Part shown: piece after piece, positions 10,029 through 19,519 of the stretch | How the letters are laid out: each line of letters begins with the position of its first letter | Position numbering within the stretch: the first letter of the stretch is position 1 | Source of the DNA: an uncultured Oscillospiraceae bacterium | Lineage (GTDB): Bacteria; Bacillota; Clostridia; Saccharofermentanales; Fastidiosipilaceae | Direction of reading: 5' to 3' | NCBI GenBank assembly: GCA_964345975.1 | Contig: CAYFSS010000003.1 | Location: forward strand, 25,392 to 89,391 | DNA length: 64,000 nt | Notes under the pieces: model-generated | Told to the model about the DNA's origin: nothing | Databases searched by the model: none | Seen by the model: only the letters and a program-made list of their open reading frames with translations | Made by a program: the position numbers and the translations under genes

Positions 10029-11389
10029 GTTATGACCCTGCTTTGAGCAAAGAAGCGAGGGCGGCGCTCGATCTCATGAAAAACCAAGCCGAGAAGACTC
10101 TGCGCCCTCATCGCCCAGTACCACGGAATGCACGAGAAATTGCCCTCCGTGGTATCTTGCGTGTCCTCTACGAAGGAGCTTATTCTCAACTTGCCCTCCA
10201 TGGTCTTTTGGATAAGATCGAGGACCCGGGGACCAGATCCCAAGCGACGCGCCTCTTTTATGGCTGTTTAGAATATGTCTGGCAATTGGACGCTGAACTT
10301 AGACGTTTTGCGAAGCAGAAACCGGAGCGTTACGATCCGGAAGTTTTAGGTGTTCTGCGATTAGGGCTCTACGAATTAAGACATATGGATACGGAACCGG
10401 CTTTTGTGGTGCATTCTGCCGTAGAACTCGTCAAGCGATGGGGTTTTACGTCAGCTGCGGGTTTAGTCAATGGAATCTTGCGTCGAGCTGCTAATGAACG
10501 TGCTCCACTACCGAAACAATTATGGCTTGAAGTGAGTGTCCATCCGCAGTTAGTGCTTGATCTTGGTAGGGAGATCGAGGCGGAGCGTTTGCGGGATTAC
10601 TTTCTTGCTACGCTTGAAACTCAAGCCTTAAGTGTGAGACTGAGAGCTGCCGGCTTAGAAGATTTGAAAGCTGTTACATTGAGTCCCTACCTAGAGGATT
10701 TCGCAGTCTATGACCCTCAACTTGGTGGTCCCATCCATCGGCACCCTGATTTCTTAGACGGTAAGATGACAGCGCAAGGCGTCGCTGCAGGGATGGCCGT
10801 CCGGTATCTTGATCCACTAGGGAATGACCTGGTCTTTGATGCCTGTGCTGCCCCGGGGAATAAAACGCTTCAAATCTTAGATCGCGGCGCCAGCGTCATC
10901 GCTCAAGACGTCCACATCCAAAGGATCCACTTGATCCGCGATCTCTGGCTTCGAGCCAACAAACCTTCGACTTTGTCCTTGCGTCTCAATGATGCTGCTG
11001 CTAGGAGCGAAATTCCTGTCTTGATGCGGGGCCGATGCGATAAAGTTCTTGTCGATGCTCCCTGTTCCGGCTTAGGAATGATGCAGGGAAAGCCGGAGCT
11101 AAGGATCTTCTATAATGCCGAGAAAATTCAAGAATTGGCGCAATTACAATTGAGAATTTTGACGCAAGCCTTTCAAGCGTTGAAGCCGAACGGTAAGCTC
11201 TTGTATAGTACTTGTACTCTTATGCGAGCAGAAAACAGCGAAGTCATACAGGCTTTTGTGTCGCAACATACTGATGCAGAGCAGGTATCGCTCGGGCATG
11301 GGAGAGAAGAAGTCGAGGCACTAGTCCTAGCACCGGAGCTGCCGGGTGAAGGTTTTTATTATGCAGCATTGAAGAGGAGCACAATTTGA
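10025..11389 (+). CDS. rsmB: 16S rRNA m5C967 methyltransferase (RsmB/Sun family)
   Basis: An N-terminal NusB-like region is followed by the SAM motif DACAAPGNKT and catalytic motifs DAPCSGLG and YSTCTL. Position after fmt matches B. subtilis. Confidence 0.9.
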   Translation: MSYDPALSKEARAALDLMKNQAEKTLRPHRPVPRNAREIALRGILRVLYEGAYSQLALHGLLDKIEDPGTRSQATRLFYGCLEYVWQLDAELRRFAKQKPERYDPEVLGVLRLGLYELRHMDTEPAFVVHSAVELVKRWGFTSAAGLVNGILRRAANERAPLPKQLWLEVSVHPQLVLDLGREIEAERLRDYFLATLETQALSVRLRAAGLEDLKAVTLSPYLEDFAVYDPQLGGPIHRHPDFLDGKMTAQGVAAGMAVRYLDPLGNDLVFDACAAPGNKTLQILDRGASVIAQDVHIQRIHLIRDLWLRANKPSTLSLRLNDAAARSEIPVLMRGRCDKVLVDAPCSGLGMMQGKPELRIFYNAEKIQELAQLQLRILTQAFQALKPNGKLLYSTCTLMRAENSEVIQAFVSQHTDAEQVSLGHGREEVEALVLAPELPGEGFYYAALKRSTI

Positions 11390-12411
11390 CTTGGATCTAT
11401 GATCTAACACCCGCAGAAATGGAAGAATGGATCGTAGCCCAAGGCTATCCCAAGTTTCGCGCATCTCAAGTCCAGGGCTGGCTCACCAAGGGAGTGCACG
11501 TCCCGGAAGACATGCGAAATCTGCCAAAGAACCTCAAACAAGACTTAGCAGAATCTTATGATGCCGAGCATCTTCGGATTGAACAAGTACAGATTTCTGA
11601 AAGCGATGGAAGCATGAAATACCTCATCCGTTGCGGGGAGGATTATGTTGAAGCGGTCATCATGCGTTATTCGTATGGAAATACGCTTTGTCTTTCATCG
11701 CAAATAGGATGCAAGATGGGCTGCACGTTTTGTGCCTCAACCGGAGCCGGTTTCGTGCGCAATATGACAGCCGGCGAAATGCTCGCGACCTATGCCATCT
11801 TGGCTCGTGACGCAGGGATTGACTTGGAACGTGTTGTCATCATGGGGATAGGCGAACCGCTTGAGAACTTGGCAGAGGTCTTGAGTTTTGTGCGTCGTCT
11901 CAATGCTGAATATGACATCAGTAAACGACGCATCACGATCTCGACGTGCGGCCTCGTGCCTCAGATGGCTGAATTGGCAAAGACAAAGGAACCTATCACC
12001 CTTGCAATCTCTCTTCACAGTGCTATCCAGACTAAGCGCGAGGAAATCATGCCGATTGCTAAACGTTATCCTCTGGATGAACTTCTTGCTGCAAGTAAAT
12101 CGTATTTTGAACAGACAGGTCGCCGCATCAGCTATGAGTATCTGATGATCAAGGACTTCAACGATGGAGATGATGACCTCACTGCTTTAGTTAGAGCGGT
12201 AAAGAAAGCTCCCGGGCATGTAAATCTCATCCCGCTCAACGATTATCCCGGCATGACATTAAGACCCGGCTCGGAAGAGAGAATGTCTCAGTTCATGCAG
12301 GTTCTGGAGCGTGAGAATATCCCTGTCAGTCGCCGCCGATCGCTTGGTTCGGATATCGCAGCATCTTGTGGGCAACTCCGACGGCAGCATGGTGAGGTTA
12401 GCCTCAGGTGA
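11386..12411 (+). CDS. rlmN: 23S rRNA/tRNA A2503 C2-methyltransferase, radical SAM (RlmN)
   Basis: CxxxCxxC motif CKMGCTFC, plus GIGEPL and ISTCG. TTG start after GAGGAG. Confidence 0.95.
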   Translation: MTWIYDLTPAEMEEWIVAQGYPKFRASQVQGWLTKGVHVPEDMRNLPKNLKQDLAESYDAEHLRIEQVQISESDGSMKYLIRCGEDYVEAVIMRYSYGNTLCLSSQIGCKMGCTFCASTGAGFVRNMTAGEMLATYAILARDAGIDLERVVIMGIGEPLENLAEVLSFVRRLNAEYDISKRRITISTCGLVPQMAELAKTKEPITLAISLHSAIQTKREEIMPIAKRYPLDELLAASKSYFEQTGRRISYEYLMIKDFNDGDDDLTALVRAVKKAPGHVNLIPLNDYPGMTLRPGSEERMSQFMQVLERENIPVSRRRSLGSDIAASCGQLRRQHGEVSLR

Positions 12412-13172
12412 ATAAAACCTATCAGGCGGCGGGTTATAGTGAGATCGGAAACGGTCGTCGCCTGAATGAAGACAGTATCGGTCTCAGTGATATGGCTGAA
12501 GGGCGCTACGGCATCTTCCTACTTTGTGATGGCATGGGAGGTCACAAGCGAGGTGACCTCGCAAGTGAGCTAACCGTTCGCTATACACGTCGTTATATTC
12601 TGGACCGCTTGGAACCCGAACTGGATGCAAGAGAGCTTAGGGCATTGTTATATTATGCCTTGCGGGATGCAAATCGCAGGGTGTATCAGTTTGCTGAACG
12701 ATCGGATCGATTTTCCGGAATGGGTACGACGATCGTTGCCGGCATCTTGCGGTATGATGGACTGCTGGTCTATGGGCATGCCGGTGATAGCCGACTCTAT
12801 AGTCTACTTGACGGAATTCAACGCTTGACAACGGATCATAGCGTTGCGCAGGCTTTTATTGAATGTGGGCTGTTGCGGGAAGAGGATATTGCAACGTTTC
12901 CTCGCCGCAATGAGATAACCAGCTGTATAGGTATGGGTGAGGATATGGAAGCAACGCTCGGTGCACGTCAATTAAACTCGGGAGAGCGCCTTCTGTTCTG
13001 TTCCGATGGATTGCACGGTGTATGTTCAGATCCGGTTATCGCAGGAACGATGAAATTACATGATGATCCAACGGACACATGTCATGCTTTGATACGTCTA
13101 GCGCTCGATCATCAAAGCCGCGATAACATCAGTTGTATCGTTGTGGATTACTACGGATCAACTCCGGTTTGA
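12408..13172 (+). CDS. PP2C-family Ser/Thr protein phosphatase (PrpC/Stp)
   Basis: Motifs LLCDGMGGH, FCSDGL and RDNIS. It lies directly upstream of the PASTA kinase, as prpC-prkC does. GTG start. Confidence 0.9.
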   Translation: MNKTYQAAGYSEIGNGRRLNEDSIGLSDMAEGRYGIFLLCDGMGGHKRGDLASELTVRYTRRYILDRLEPELDARELRALLYYALRDANRRVYQFAERSDRFSGMGTTIVAGILRYDGLLVYGHAGDSRLYSLLDGIQRLTTDHSVAQAFIECGLLREEDIATFPRRNEITSCIGMGEDMEATLGARQLNSGERLLFCSDGLHGVCSDPVIAGTMKLHDDPTDTCHALIRLALDHQSRDNISCIVVDYYGSTPV

Positions 13173-13183
13173 AGAGTTTGATC

Positions 13184-13192
13184 TGCTATAAT
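13184..13192 (+). promoter_or_regulatory. Candidate extended -10 promoter element (TGcTATAAT) in the phosphatase-kinase gap
   Basis: TG at 13184-13185, one nt, then a perfect TATAAT at 13187-13192. I found no good -35 element. Confidence 0.4.
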
Positions 13193-13221
13193 TGAGCAAC
13201 CGCAGACAGTGACTGCTCAAT
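13191..13221. promoter_or_regulatory. Perfect 8-bp inverted repeat ATTGAGCA-N15-TGCTCAAT overlapping the -10 element
   Basis: Arms at 13191-13198 and 13214-13221 are exact reverse complements. The kinase RBS AAGGAG follows immediately. Confidence 0.4.
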
Positions 13222-13235
13222 CTTAAGGAGTAAGG

Positions 13236-15161
13236 ATGTCGATTGAAAGTGGAACGGTCCTCAGTGAGAGGTATCGTATCAGGCGCCTACTGGGTTCCGG
13301 AGGTATGGCACATGTCTACCTTGCCGAAGACATGCGCAACGGTAAGGCCGTGGCTATCAAGGTACTCAAACGTGAGCTCAATGATGACCAAGAGTTTGTG
13401 CGTCGTTTTGAAACTGAGGCACGTGCCGCGTCAAGTCTTTCCCATGAAAATATAGTTAAAGTCTTAGGTGTCGGTGAGGCACAAGGCTACCGATATATGG
13501 TGCAAGAATATGTCGACGGCATATCTTTGAAGGACATGATTCGTCACTATGGACGTCTCGATTGGCGCATCGCTGTCCCGATGTTTATTCAGATCGCCAT
13601 GGCCCTTGCGAATGCTCATGATGGCGGGATCATCCATAGAGATATCAAGCCTCACAACATCATGATCACGCGTGATCATAAGGCGATGGTGACGGACTTC
13701 GGAATTGCGCGTGCAACCACTTCCAATACGATCACGCAAACCGGAAGCAGCACGTTAGGCTCTGTCCATTATTTTTCGCCCGAACAAGCCCGGGGAGGAC
13801 AAGTGAGCGCGAAGAGTGATATCTATTCACTTGGAACTCTCATGTTTGAGACTTTGACCGGCATCTTACCCTTCGATGGTGATACCTCTGTCAGTATTGC
13901 CATCAAGCACCTCCAAGAGACGCCGCAAGAACCTATTATCTTGGAGCCAACCATCCCCCAAGGACTATCGGATATCGTCATGCGTTGTTTGAGAAAGAAC
14001 CCAAGCGAACGGTATCGTGATGCCAGGGATCTGGTGCGTGAACTCGATGCTTTCATGATTAACCCGCAAGCTGTATACGGTACAGGAAGACAGCAGGATG
14101 CTTTTGAAACCACGGACGGGACCGGTTTCATCGAGATGGATGAGCCCGGAGCTTCCTATGAGAAGATCCGCGACTTTGAACAAGTTGTCATGGATCGTCG
14201 TTCATCACGTCGCCGTGAAAGTGGCGTCGTCATTGCGCTCATCCTCTTAGCAATAGCTCTTGTCGTCGGTGGTGTCGTCTACTTCATCCAGTTAATGAAT
14301 AATGAAATGAATCCAAGCGGTGAGAACCGGATTCTTATCACGATGACGAACTTCATCGGTGACACGTATGAATCCGCTAAGGCTTTGCTCGATGAACACG
14401 ATATTCCCCATCAAGTGGAACGAGCTCCAAGTGATCAATATGCCGCAGGCATCGTCATCAATCAGAGTATTCTGGAGGGTGAGGACTTCTTCATCGACCC
14501 GCGAAGGCCCTTGGTCTTGACGGTAAGCTCAGGACCCACGCAGGAAAATCGAGCCTCCTATGAGATGCCCAATGGTGCAGGCTATGAATATGAAGAGTTG
14601 CGCAAAATACTTGCGGACCAAGGCTTGGTTGTTAAGAAAGTCGATGAAGACCAGTCAACCACTTATGGCGCAGGCCTTGTCACGCGCCATATTCCAAGAG
14701 CAGGTTCTACTGTGTACGAGGGAGACGAGGTTACGCTTTATGTTGCACCTCAGCCCAAGTCGCTCACCATTCCTCAAGTTTGGGGTGTAGCGGAGGATGA
14801 ATTTGTCGCTCAGATGGTCGACGCAGGGTTCACCATCGATGCGGTTGTTGTCCCTGCGGGGGATGTCGCACCTTACTATGGTCGCTGGGTAGAAGATACC
14901 AATGGCAACATTCTGTACGCCGGGAATATCATCGATTCCAATGTTAAAGTGAAAGTCGTTGTCGGAGATGCCAATACCCTTTGGGGTACGCAGCAACAAA
15001 ATCCAGATCCGGCACCCGCTCCGGATCCTGCGCCTGTGCCTACAACGGATCCAACGCCGGCGCCTGAAACGACTCCTGCACCTATACCTGATCCCGCCCC
15101 CAGTCCCGCGCCGGATCCTGTCCCGAATCCGGATCCTGTCGATCCTGCAGTGGAAGGTTAA
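13236..15161 (+). CDS. prkC: Ser/Thr protein kinase with extracellular PASTA repeats (PrkC/StkP type)
   Basis: Hanks motifs GGMAHVY, VAIKVLK, HRDIKPHN, DFGIA and SPEQARG. One TM helix (VVIALILLAIALVVGGVVYF) is followed by about three PASTA-like units and a Pro-rich tail. Confidence 0.93.
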   Translation: MSIESGTVLSERYRIRRLLGSGGMAHVYLAEDMRNGKAVAIKVLKRELNDDQEFVRRFETEARAASSLSHENIVKVLGVGEAQGYRYMVQEYVDGISLKDMIRHYGRLDWRIAVPMFIQIAMALANAHDGGIIHRDIKPHNIMITRDHKAMVTDFGIARATTSNTITQTGSSTLGSVHYFSPEQARGGQVSAKSDIYSLGTLMFETLTGILPFDGDTSVSIAIKHLQETPQEPIILEPTIPQGLSDIVMRCLRKNPSERYRDARDLVRELDAFMINPQAVYGTGRQQDAFETTDGTGFIEMDEPGASYEKIRDFEQVVMDRRSSRRRESGVVIALILLAIALVVGGVVYFIQLMNNEMNPSGENRILITMTNFIGDTYESAKALLDEHDIPHQVERAPSDQYAAGIVINQSILEGEDFFIDPRRPLVLTVSSGPTQENRASYEMPNGAGYEYEELRKILADQGLVVKKVDEDQSTTYGAGLVTRHIPRAGSTVYEGDEVTLYVAPQPKSLTIPQVWGVAEDEFVAQMVDAGFTIDAVVVPAGDVAPYYGRWVEDTNGNILYAGNIIDSNVKVKVVVGDANTLWGTQQQNPDPAPAPDPAPVPTTDPTPAPETTPAPIPDPAPSPAPDPVPNPDPVDPAVEG

Positions 15162-15163
15162 TC

Positions 15164-16084
15164 GTGGAGAATATTTTAGAAGGACGTATTCTCAAAGGCG
15201 TTGGCGGTAACTATTGGGTTAGTGACGGACATCACGAGGGGATGGCAAGTGCCAGAGGCATTTTCCGGCTCCGAAGTGAAAGACCCGCTGCCGGGGATTT
15301 GATTTCGTTTGAAGCAACCAAAGATCCTGTTTTTCCTTATCGAATTCTTGAAATTCATCCAAGGCACAATGCTCTACCAAGGCCGCAGGTCGTAAATGTT
15401 GAGCAGTTGCTTCTTGTGTTTGCCATCAAATCGCCTGATCCGGACTTTCTCCTGCTCGACAAGTTAGCCGCAATTGCAGCTTGCCAAGATATCGATATCC
15501 TCTTGGTGTTTACGAAGTTGGATCTTGTAGAAGACAAGAGGGTCGCGATCGAAACAATCCGGGAAAGATACGGTGAGACCAAGTGGCCACTGTTTTTTTC
15601 TACAGGTTCCGAAACGGAAGTCGCCGGGGAACACAGCCTCGATAAACATGTCCTGGAAGAACTTCGTCCGTTATTGGCAAATAAGTTGACAGCTTTGGCA
15701 GGACCTTCCGGTTCCGGAAAATCAACGCTCCTCAATCATCTTGCGGAGGAAGAACATATGGAAACGGGCGGCATAAGTGAACGCTTAGGTCGCGGTCGTC
15801 ATACGACAAGACATGCTGAGCTCTTTGCTTTTGAAGAGGGTTTCATCGTCGACACCCCGGGATTCTCCATGCTGGACATCACGGAGGCCGGTGTAGAGCC
15901 TGAAGATCTTCCGTTAGGCTTTCCTGAAATGTATCCCTCAGCCTTCGAATGCCGTTTTAGCAGCTGTCACCACTTAAACGAACCCGGCTGTGCTGTAAGA
16001 GAGAATGATGTCATTCATCCGGCAAGGTATGAGAATTATATCCAGTTGCGAGAAGCTCTGGATCAATTCGATCCTTACACTTGA
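15164..16084 (+). CDS. rsgA: Ribosome small-subunit-dependent GTPase A
   Basis: Circularly permuted GTPase with TKLDL preceding GPSGSGKSTLLN. C-terminal Zn motif CRFSSCHHLNEPGC. GTG start after GGAAGG. Confidence 0.9.
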   Translation: MENILEGRILKGVGGNYWVSDGHHEGMASARGIFRLRSERPAAGDLISFEATKDPVFPYRILEIHPRHNALPRPQVVNVEQLLLVFAIKSPDPDFLLLDKLAAIAACQDIDILLVFTKLDLVEDKRVAIETIRERYGETKWPLFFSTGSETEVAGEHSLDKHVLEELRPLLANKLTALAGPSGSGKSTLLNHLAEEEHMETGGISERLGRGRHTTRHAELFAFEEGFIVDTPGFSMLDITEAGVEPEDLPLGFPEMYPSAFECRFSSCHHLNEPGCAVRENDVIHPARYENYIQLREALDQFDPYT

Positions 16085-16113
16085 AAAAAGATTGAGACGA
16101 GAAAGAAGGAATT

Positions 16114-16755
16114 ATGACACTTATCAGCGCCTCGGTCCTTTCGGCAGATTTCATGCGGCTGGCAGATGACCTGCACGATATGGAAGCTCATTGTGATGCC
16201 TTCCACCTGGATATTATGGACGGCCACTATGTACCAAACATAACCTTTGGTCCTGATATCGTTCGCCAGATACGTCGCTCAACGGATAAATTCCTCGATA
16301 CCCATCTCATGATTGAGCATCCGGAGGAATATCTAACAGCATTCTTGGATGCAGGAACCGATGCTCTCACCCTTCACTTGGAAACTTCTAATGATGTTGC
16401 AGACCTACTTCACCGAATCAAAGCGCGAGGAGTCATGCCGGGGATTTCGCTCAATCCTGAAACGGATCTCGACCTCCTTAAGCCATATCTTTCCCGGGTT
16501 GAACTGATCTTGGTGATGTCGGTACGTCCCGGATTCGGCGGTCAATCTTATATGCCCGGATCTTCCGAGCGCATTGCTCAACTTGCTGCTTGGCGCGAGG
16601 AACATTCCTACAACTACAAGATATCGGTTGATGGTGGAATCCAAGCTAAAACTGCTCGTGAAGCTACAAAAGCCGGTGCCGACATCCTCGTCTCAGGATC
16701 GTATCTCTTTGGCGCTTCCGATCGATCTCAAGCCGCTAATTCCCTTAGAGGCTGA
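16114..16755 (+). CDS. rpe: Ribulose-phosphate 3-epimerase
   Basis: Motifs HLDIMDGHYVPN, MSVRPGFGGQ and VDGG. Confidence 0.95.
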   Translation: MTLISASVLSADFMRLADDLHDMEAHCDAFHLDIMDGHYVPNITFGPDIVRQIRRSTDKFLDTHLMIEHPEEYLTAFLDAGTDALTLHLETSNDVADLLHRIKARGVMPGISLNPETDLDLLKPYLSRVELILVMSVRPGFGGQSYMPGSSERIAQLAAWREEHSYNYKISVDGGIQAKTAREATKAGADILVSGSYLFGASDRSQAANSLRG

Positions 16756-16757
16756 GT

Positions 16758-17471
16758 ATGCATAAAGATCTGGTCGATCGCATAGATCAAAGCACGAAAT
16801 ATGGCGAACTACCCAAGCCAAAGGGCGGCATAGCTGTCTTGGTTCTCAATGGTGCGGTCTTTGATACTGAGCTAAGCCGAAGTCTCTTGGCTGCCGCCGA
16901 CTTTGTTCTTGCTGTGGATGCAGGGTATGACCGCTGCATGGTTTTAGGCGTCGTGCCGGACCTTCTGATGGGTGATTTAGATTCCATCGCGGCACAAGCT
17001 GTGGATGTGCCGGTTGTGGCTTTTGACCCGGACAAGAATGCAACGGATGGAGAGCATGCCATCAACTTCCTGGCTGCCTATGATTTCTCGCGCATTGTTC
17101 TGCTTGGCGGTTTGGGTCCCGGACGCTTGGATCATGTGAGTTACCACTTGGAAGCTCTCCTCGGAGCTGCCAGGGAGCATGAATCCATGGCCATCACGGA
17201 TGGGAAGTTATGGATCGAGGCATTTGTGGGACCCGTCGATAGGCAAGTGCACCTCGGCAAATATTTTCCTGAGAGCATGGTGGTGTCCTTGATGCCTAGA
17301 AAAGCCATCAAGCAATTAACCCTCGATGGCTTGGAATGGGGGATTGATCGCCGGGATCTTCACGTACCAACGTCTCTTACGGTGAGTAATCAAACAAATC
17401 CCAAGCGTGAATGCTTCAAGCTGTCGTTTGAAGCAGGGGAATTATTGCTCTTTTTAAATACAGATAGTTAG
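16758..17471 (+). CDS. thiN: Thiamine pyrophosphokinase
   Basis: Motifs GDLDS and DKNATDGEHA. Position after rpe matches B. subtilis yloS/thiN. Confidence 0.8.
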   Translation: MHKDLVDRIDQSTKYGELPKPKGGIAVLVLNGAVFDTELSRSLLAAADFVLAVDAGYDRCMVLGVVPDLLMGDLDSIAAQAVDVPVVAFDPDKNATDGEHAINFLAAYDFSRIVLLGGLGPGRLDHVSYHLEALLGAAREHESMAITDGKLWIEAFVGPVDRQVHLGKYFPESMVVSLMPRKAIKQLTLDGLEWGIDRRDLHVPTSLTVSNQTNPKRECFKLSFEAGELLLFLNTDS

Positions 17472-18664
17472 TCAGCTAATTCAGGCCACCGTTCGACCAA
17501 CTTCTCTTTGACTTGCTTGAAAGCAGGCCTAGAACGCTCGATCATTTCATCACTAACACAATACGCAAAGCGAAGGAAACCCGGCGCACCGAAGCCGGTA
17601 CCGTTGACCGCTAAGATTCCTTGCTCTTTGAGGGCTTCGAGTGCATAGATGCCGGCTTCTGCTGTCTTTTCAGGCAATTGAGGGAAGAGATAAAAGGCTC
17701 CTTGCGGAGTATCTTCTACCTTAAGCCCTGCAAGTTCCAGATTATGCATGAGCGCATCTCGACGCTTTAAATAGGTATTGACATCCGTGGGAGTGTCGAT
17801 GGCTCGGTCTACCACTCTTTGCCAGATGGATGGCGCGTTGACAAAACCGCGCACTCGATTCTGTAGAACGAGTGCTTGCATTAAGATATCGAAGTCCGTG
17901 CAAGCCTCCGCAACTCCGACATATCCGATTCTCTCGCCTGCCAGCGAGAAGCTCTTACTCCAGCTATAACAGATCATTGTATTGGGATAGAGACCGGCCA
18001 GGCCTGTGACGACCGCGCCATCATAGATGATCTCGCGATAGGGTTCGTCGGAAATGAGATAGATGGTTTGTTCTTGTTGTTTGAGGATATTGCATAAGGT
18101 CTCAAGGTCTTCTTGTGGATACACAGCTCCGGAAGGATTGTTCGGAGAGTTGATGATCATGGCTTTGGTTCTAGGTGTAATTGCTCGTTCCAGACGCTCG
18201 AGATCCATTTGACCGGAGCTCAGAGAAGGCACAACGATGACTTGCCCTTGGTAATTTCTGATATAGGAGAGATATTCCGGGAAGTATGGGCTCAAGACAA
18301 TGACTTCATCGCCGGTATCGAGAATGCCGGCAAGCGCGATGTTTAAGGCAGCTGCAGCGCCACAGGTCATGACAATACCTTGCTCGGTGAACGTCGTATG
18401 GTTTCGCTGCGTTTCCAGAGATGCGATTTTGCTCCGGGTCTTAGGGAAGCCGGCATTCGCCATATAACCATGATCGAGATCTGCAAGAACCAAATCCTTG
18501 AGTGCACTTGAAACAGGCTCAGGCGTTGGGGTATCGGGGTTGCCTAGACTAAAATCAAAGACGTTTTCAGCCCCGCGGATGGTGCGAAGACGCAGACCTT
18601 CTTCAAACATCTTCCGTATTTCAGAACTACGCCCTAGCTGCTCTTTGACATCTCTTGCAATCAT
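17468..18664 (-). CDS. Class I/II PLP-dependent aminotransferase (aspartate/alanine type)
   Basis: Motifs NSPNNPSG and the PLP-lysine motif SWSKSFSLAGERIGY. The ORF is open to 18688, but the ATG at 18664 follows AAGGGGG and gives the usual N-terminus. Confidence 0.85.
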   Translation of the reverse strand: MIARDVKEQLGRSSEIRKMFEEGLRLRTIRGAENVFDFSLGNPDTPTPEPVSSALKDLVLADLDHGYMANAGFPKTRSKIASLETQRNHTTFTEQGIVMTCGAAAALNIALAGILDTGDEVIVLSPYFPEYLSYIRNYQGQVIVVPSLSSGQMDLERLERAITPRTKAMIINSPNNPSGAVYPQEDLETLCNILKQQEQTIYLISDEPYREIIYDGAVVTGLAGLYPNTMICYSWSKSFSLAGERIGYVGVAEACTDFDILMQALVLQNRVRGFVNAPSIWQRVVDRAIDTPTDVNTYLKRRDALMHNLELAGLKVEDTPQGAFYLFPQLPEKTAEAGIYALEALKEQGILAVNGTGFGAPGFLRFAYCVSDEMIERSRPAFKQVKEKLVERWPELAD

Positions 18665-18784
18665 GAGAGCCCCCTTCTTTGTACTCATATAAACTTCTTA
18701 GTAGAATTAGCTAGCCATATTAACAACTTTAAGTCTATGCTGAAGAAGAAAATACACATTTTCAAGAAGAAAAGAGGTTATCAC

Positions 18785-19444
18785 ATGTCTCTACTATTAA
18801 ACGAAGAGCGTCAACTCGTCGCCGATTACGGTCGTCAATTACTGGCTGACGGACTCACCCGGGGCAGTTCAGGGAACATCAGTATCTATCGCCCGGACAA
18901 AGGACTCTTTGCCATTTCTCCCACCGGTGTCCCCTATAAGGATGTAAGGGCAGAGGATGTCGTAATCTTGGATCTCGAAGGGCATATCGTCGATGGACAT
19001 TTAAAACCTTCCAGTGAACATGAGTTGCATCGCATCTTCTATCGGGAACGTGATGATATTCAAGCAGTTGTCCATACCCATAGTCCGGCCTGCGCCGCAT
19101 ATTCTTGTCTGCGGAAAACGTTACCGCCATTCCATTACATGATTGCCGTTGCCGGTCCTGATGTTCGGTGCTCTGAATATGCAAGTTATGGCACTCCTGA
19201 ATTAGCACAGAATGCGTTTGAAGCAATGAAGGATCGTAAAGCTGTACTGCTTGCGAATCATGGATTAGTTGCAGGTGGGGCTTCGATAGCGGAAGCCTAT
19301 AACGTGGCAGCCGAGATCGAGTATATGTGCATGATCTATTCCATCTCAAAGACGTACGAAGCGGAGCCTGTCATCTTGAATAAAACTGAGATGGCTGCCA
19401 TGGCAGAGCGCTTTAAAACGTACGGTCAGCCCCAGAAACTATAA
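18785..19444 (+). CDS. Class II aldolase/adducin-family protein (fuculose-phosphate aldolase / MtnB-like)
   Basis: Motif AVVHTHSPACAAY and metal-binding His residues. The ATG at 18785 follows AAGAGG; the ORF is open from 18737. Confidence 0.8.
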   Translation: MSLLLNEERQLVADYGRQLLADGLTRGSSGNISIYRPDKGLFAISPTGVPYKDVRAEDVVILDLEGHIVDGHLKPSSEHELHRIFYRERDDIQAVVHTHSPACAAYSCLRKTLPPFHYMIAVAGPDVRCSEYASYGTPELAQNAFEAMKDRKAVLLANHGLVAGGASIAEAYNVAAEIEYMCMIYSISKTYEAEPVILNKTEMAAMAERFKTYGQPQKL

Positions 19445-19445
19445 A

Positions 19446-19519
19446 GAGCCCTGAAAGACTTCAGAGCTCTATGCCGGTTTTAGTCCTTCCGAATCAATGG
19501 ATGGTTCGGAGGGGCTTTT
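19446..19519. terminator. Convergent terminator region with two hairpins
   Basis: Hairpin A at 19446-19469 is GAGCcCTGAA-AGAC-TTCAGaGCTC, T-rich on the minus-strand side. Hairpin B at 19485-19513 is CCTTCCGAA-N11-TTCGGAGGG, followed by CTTTT on the + strand. Confidence 0.45.
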
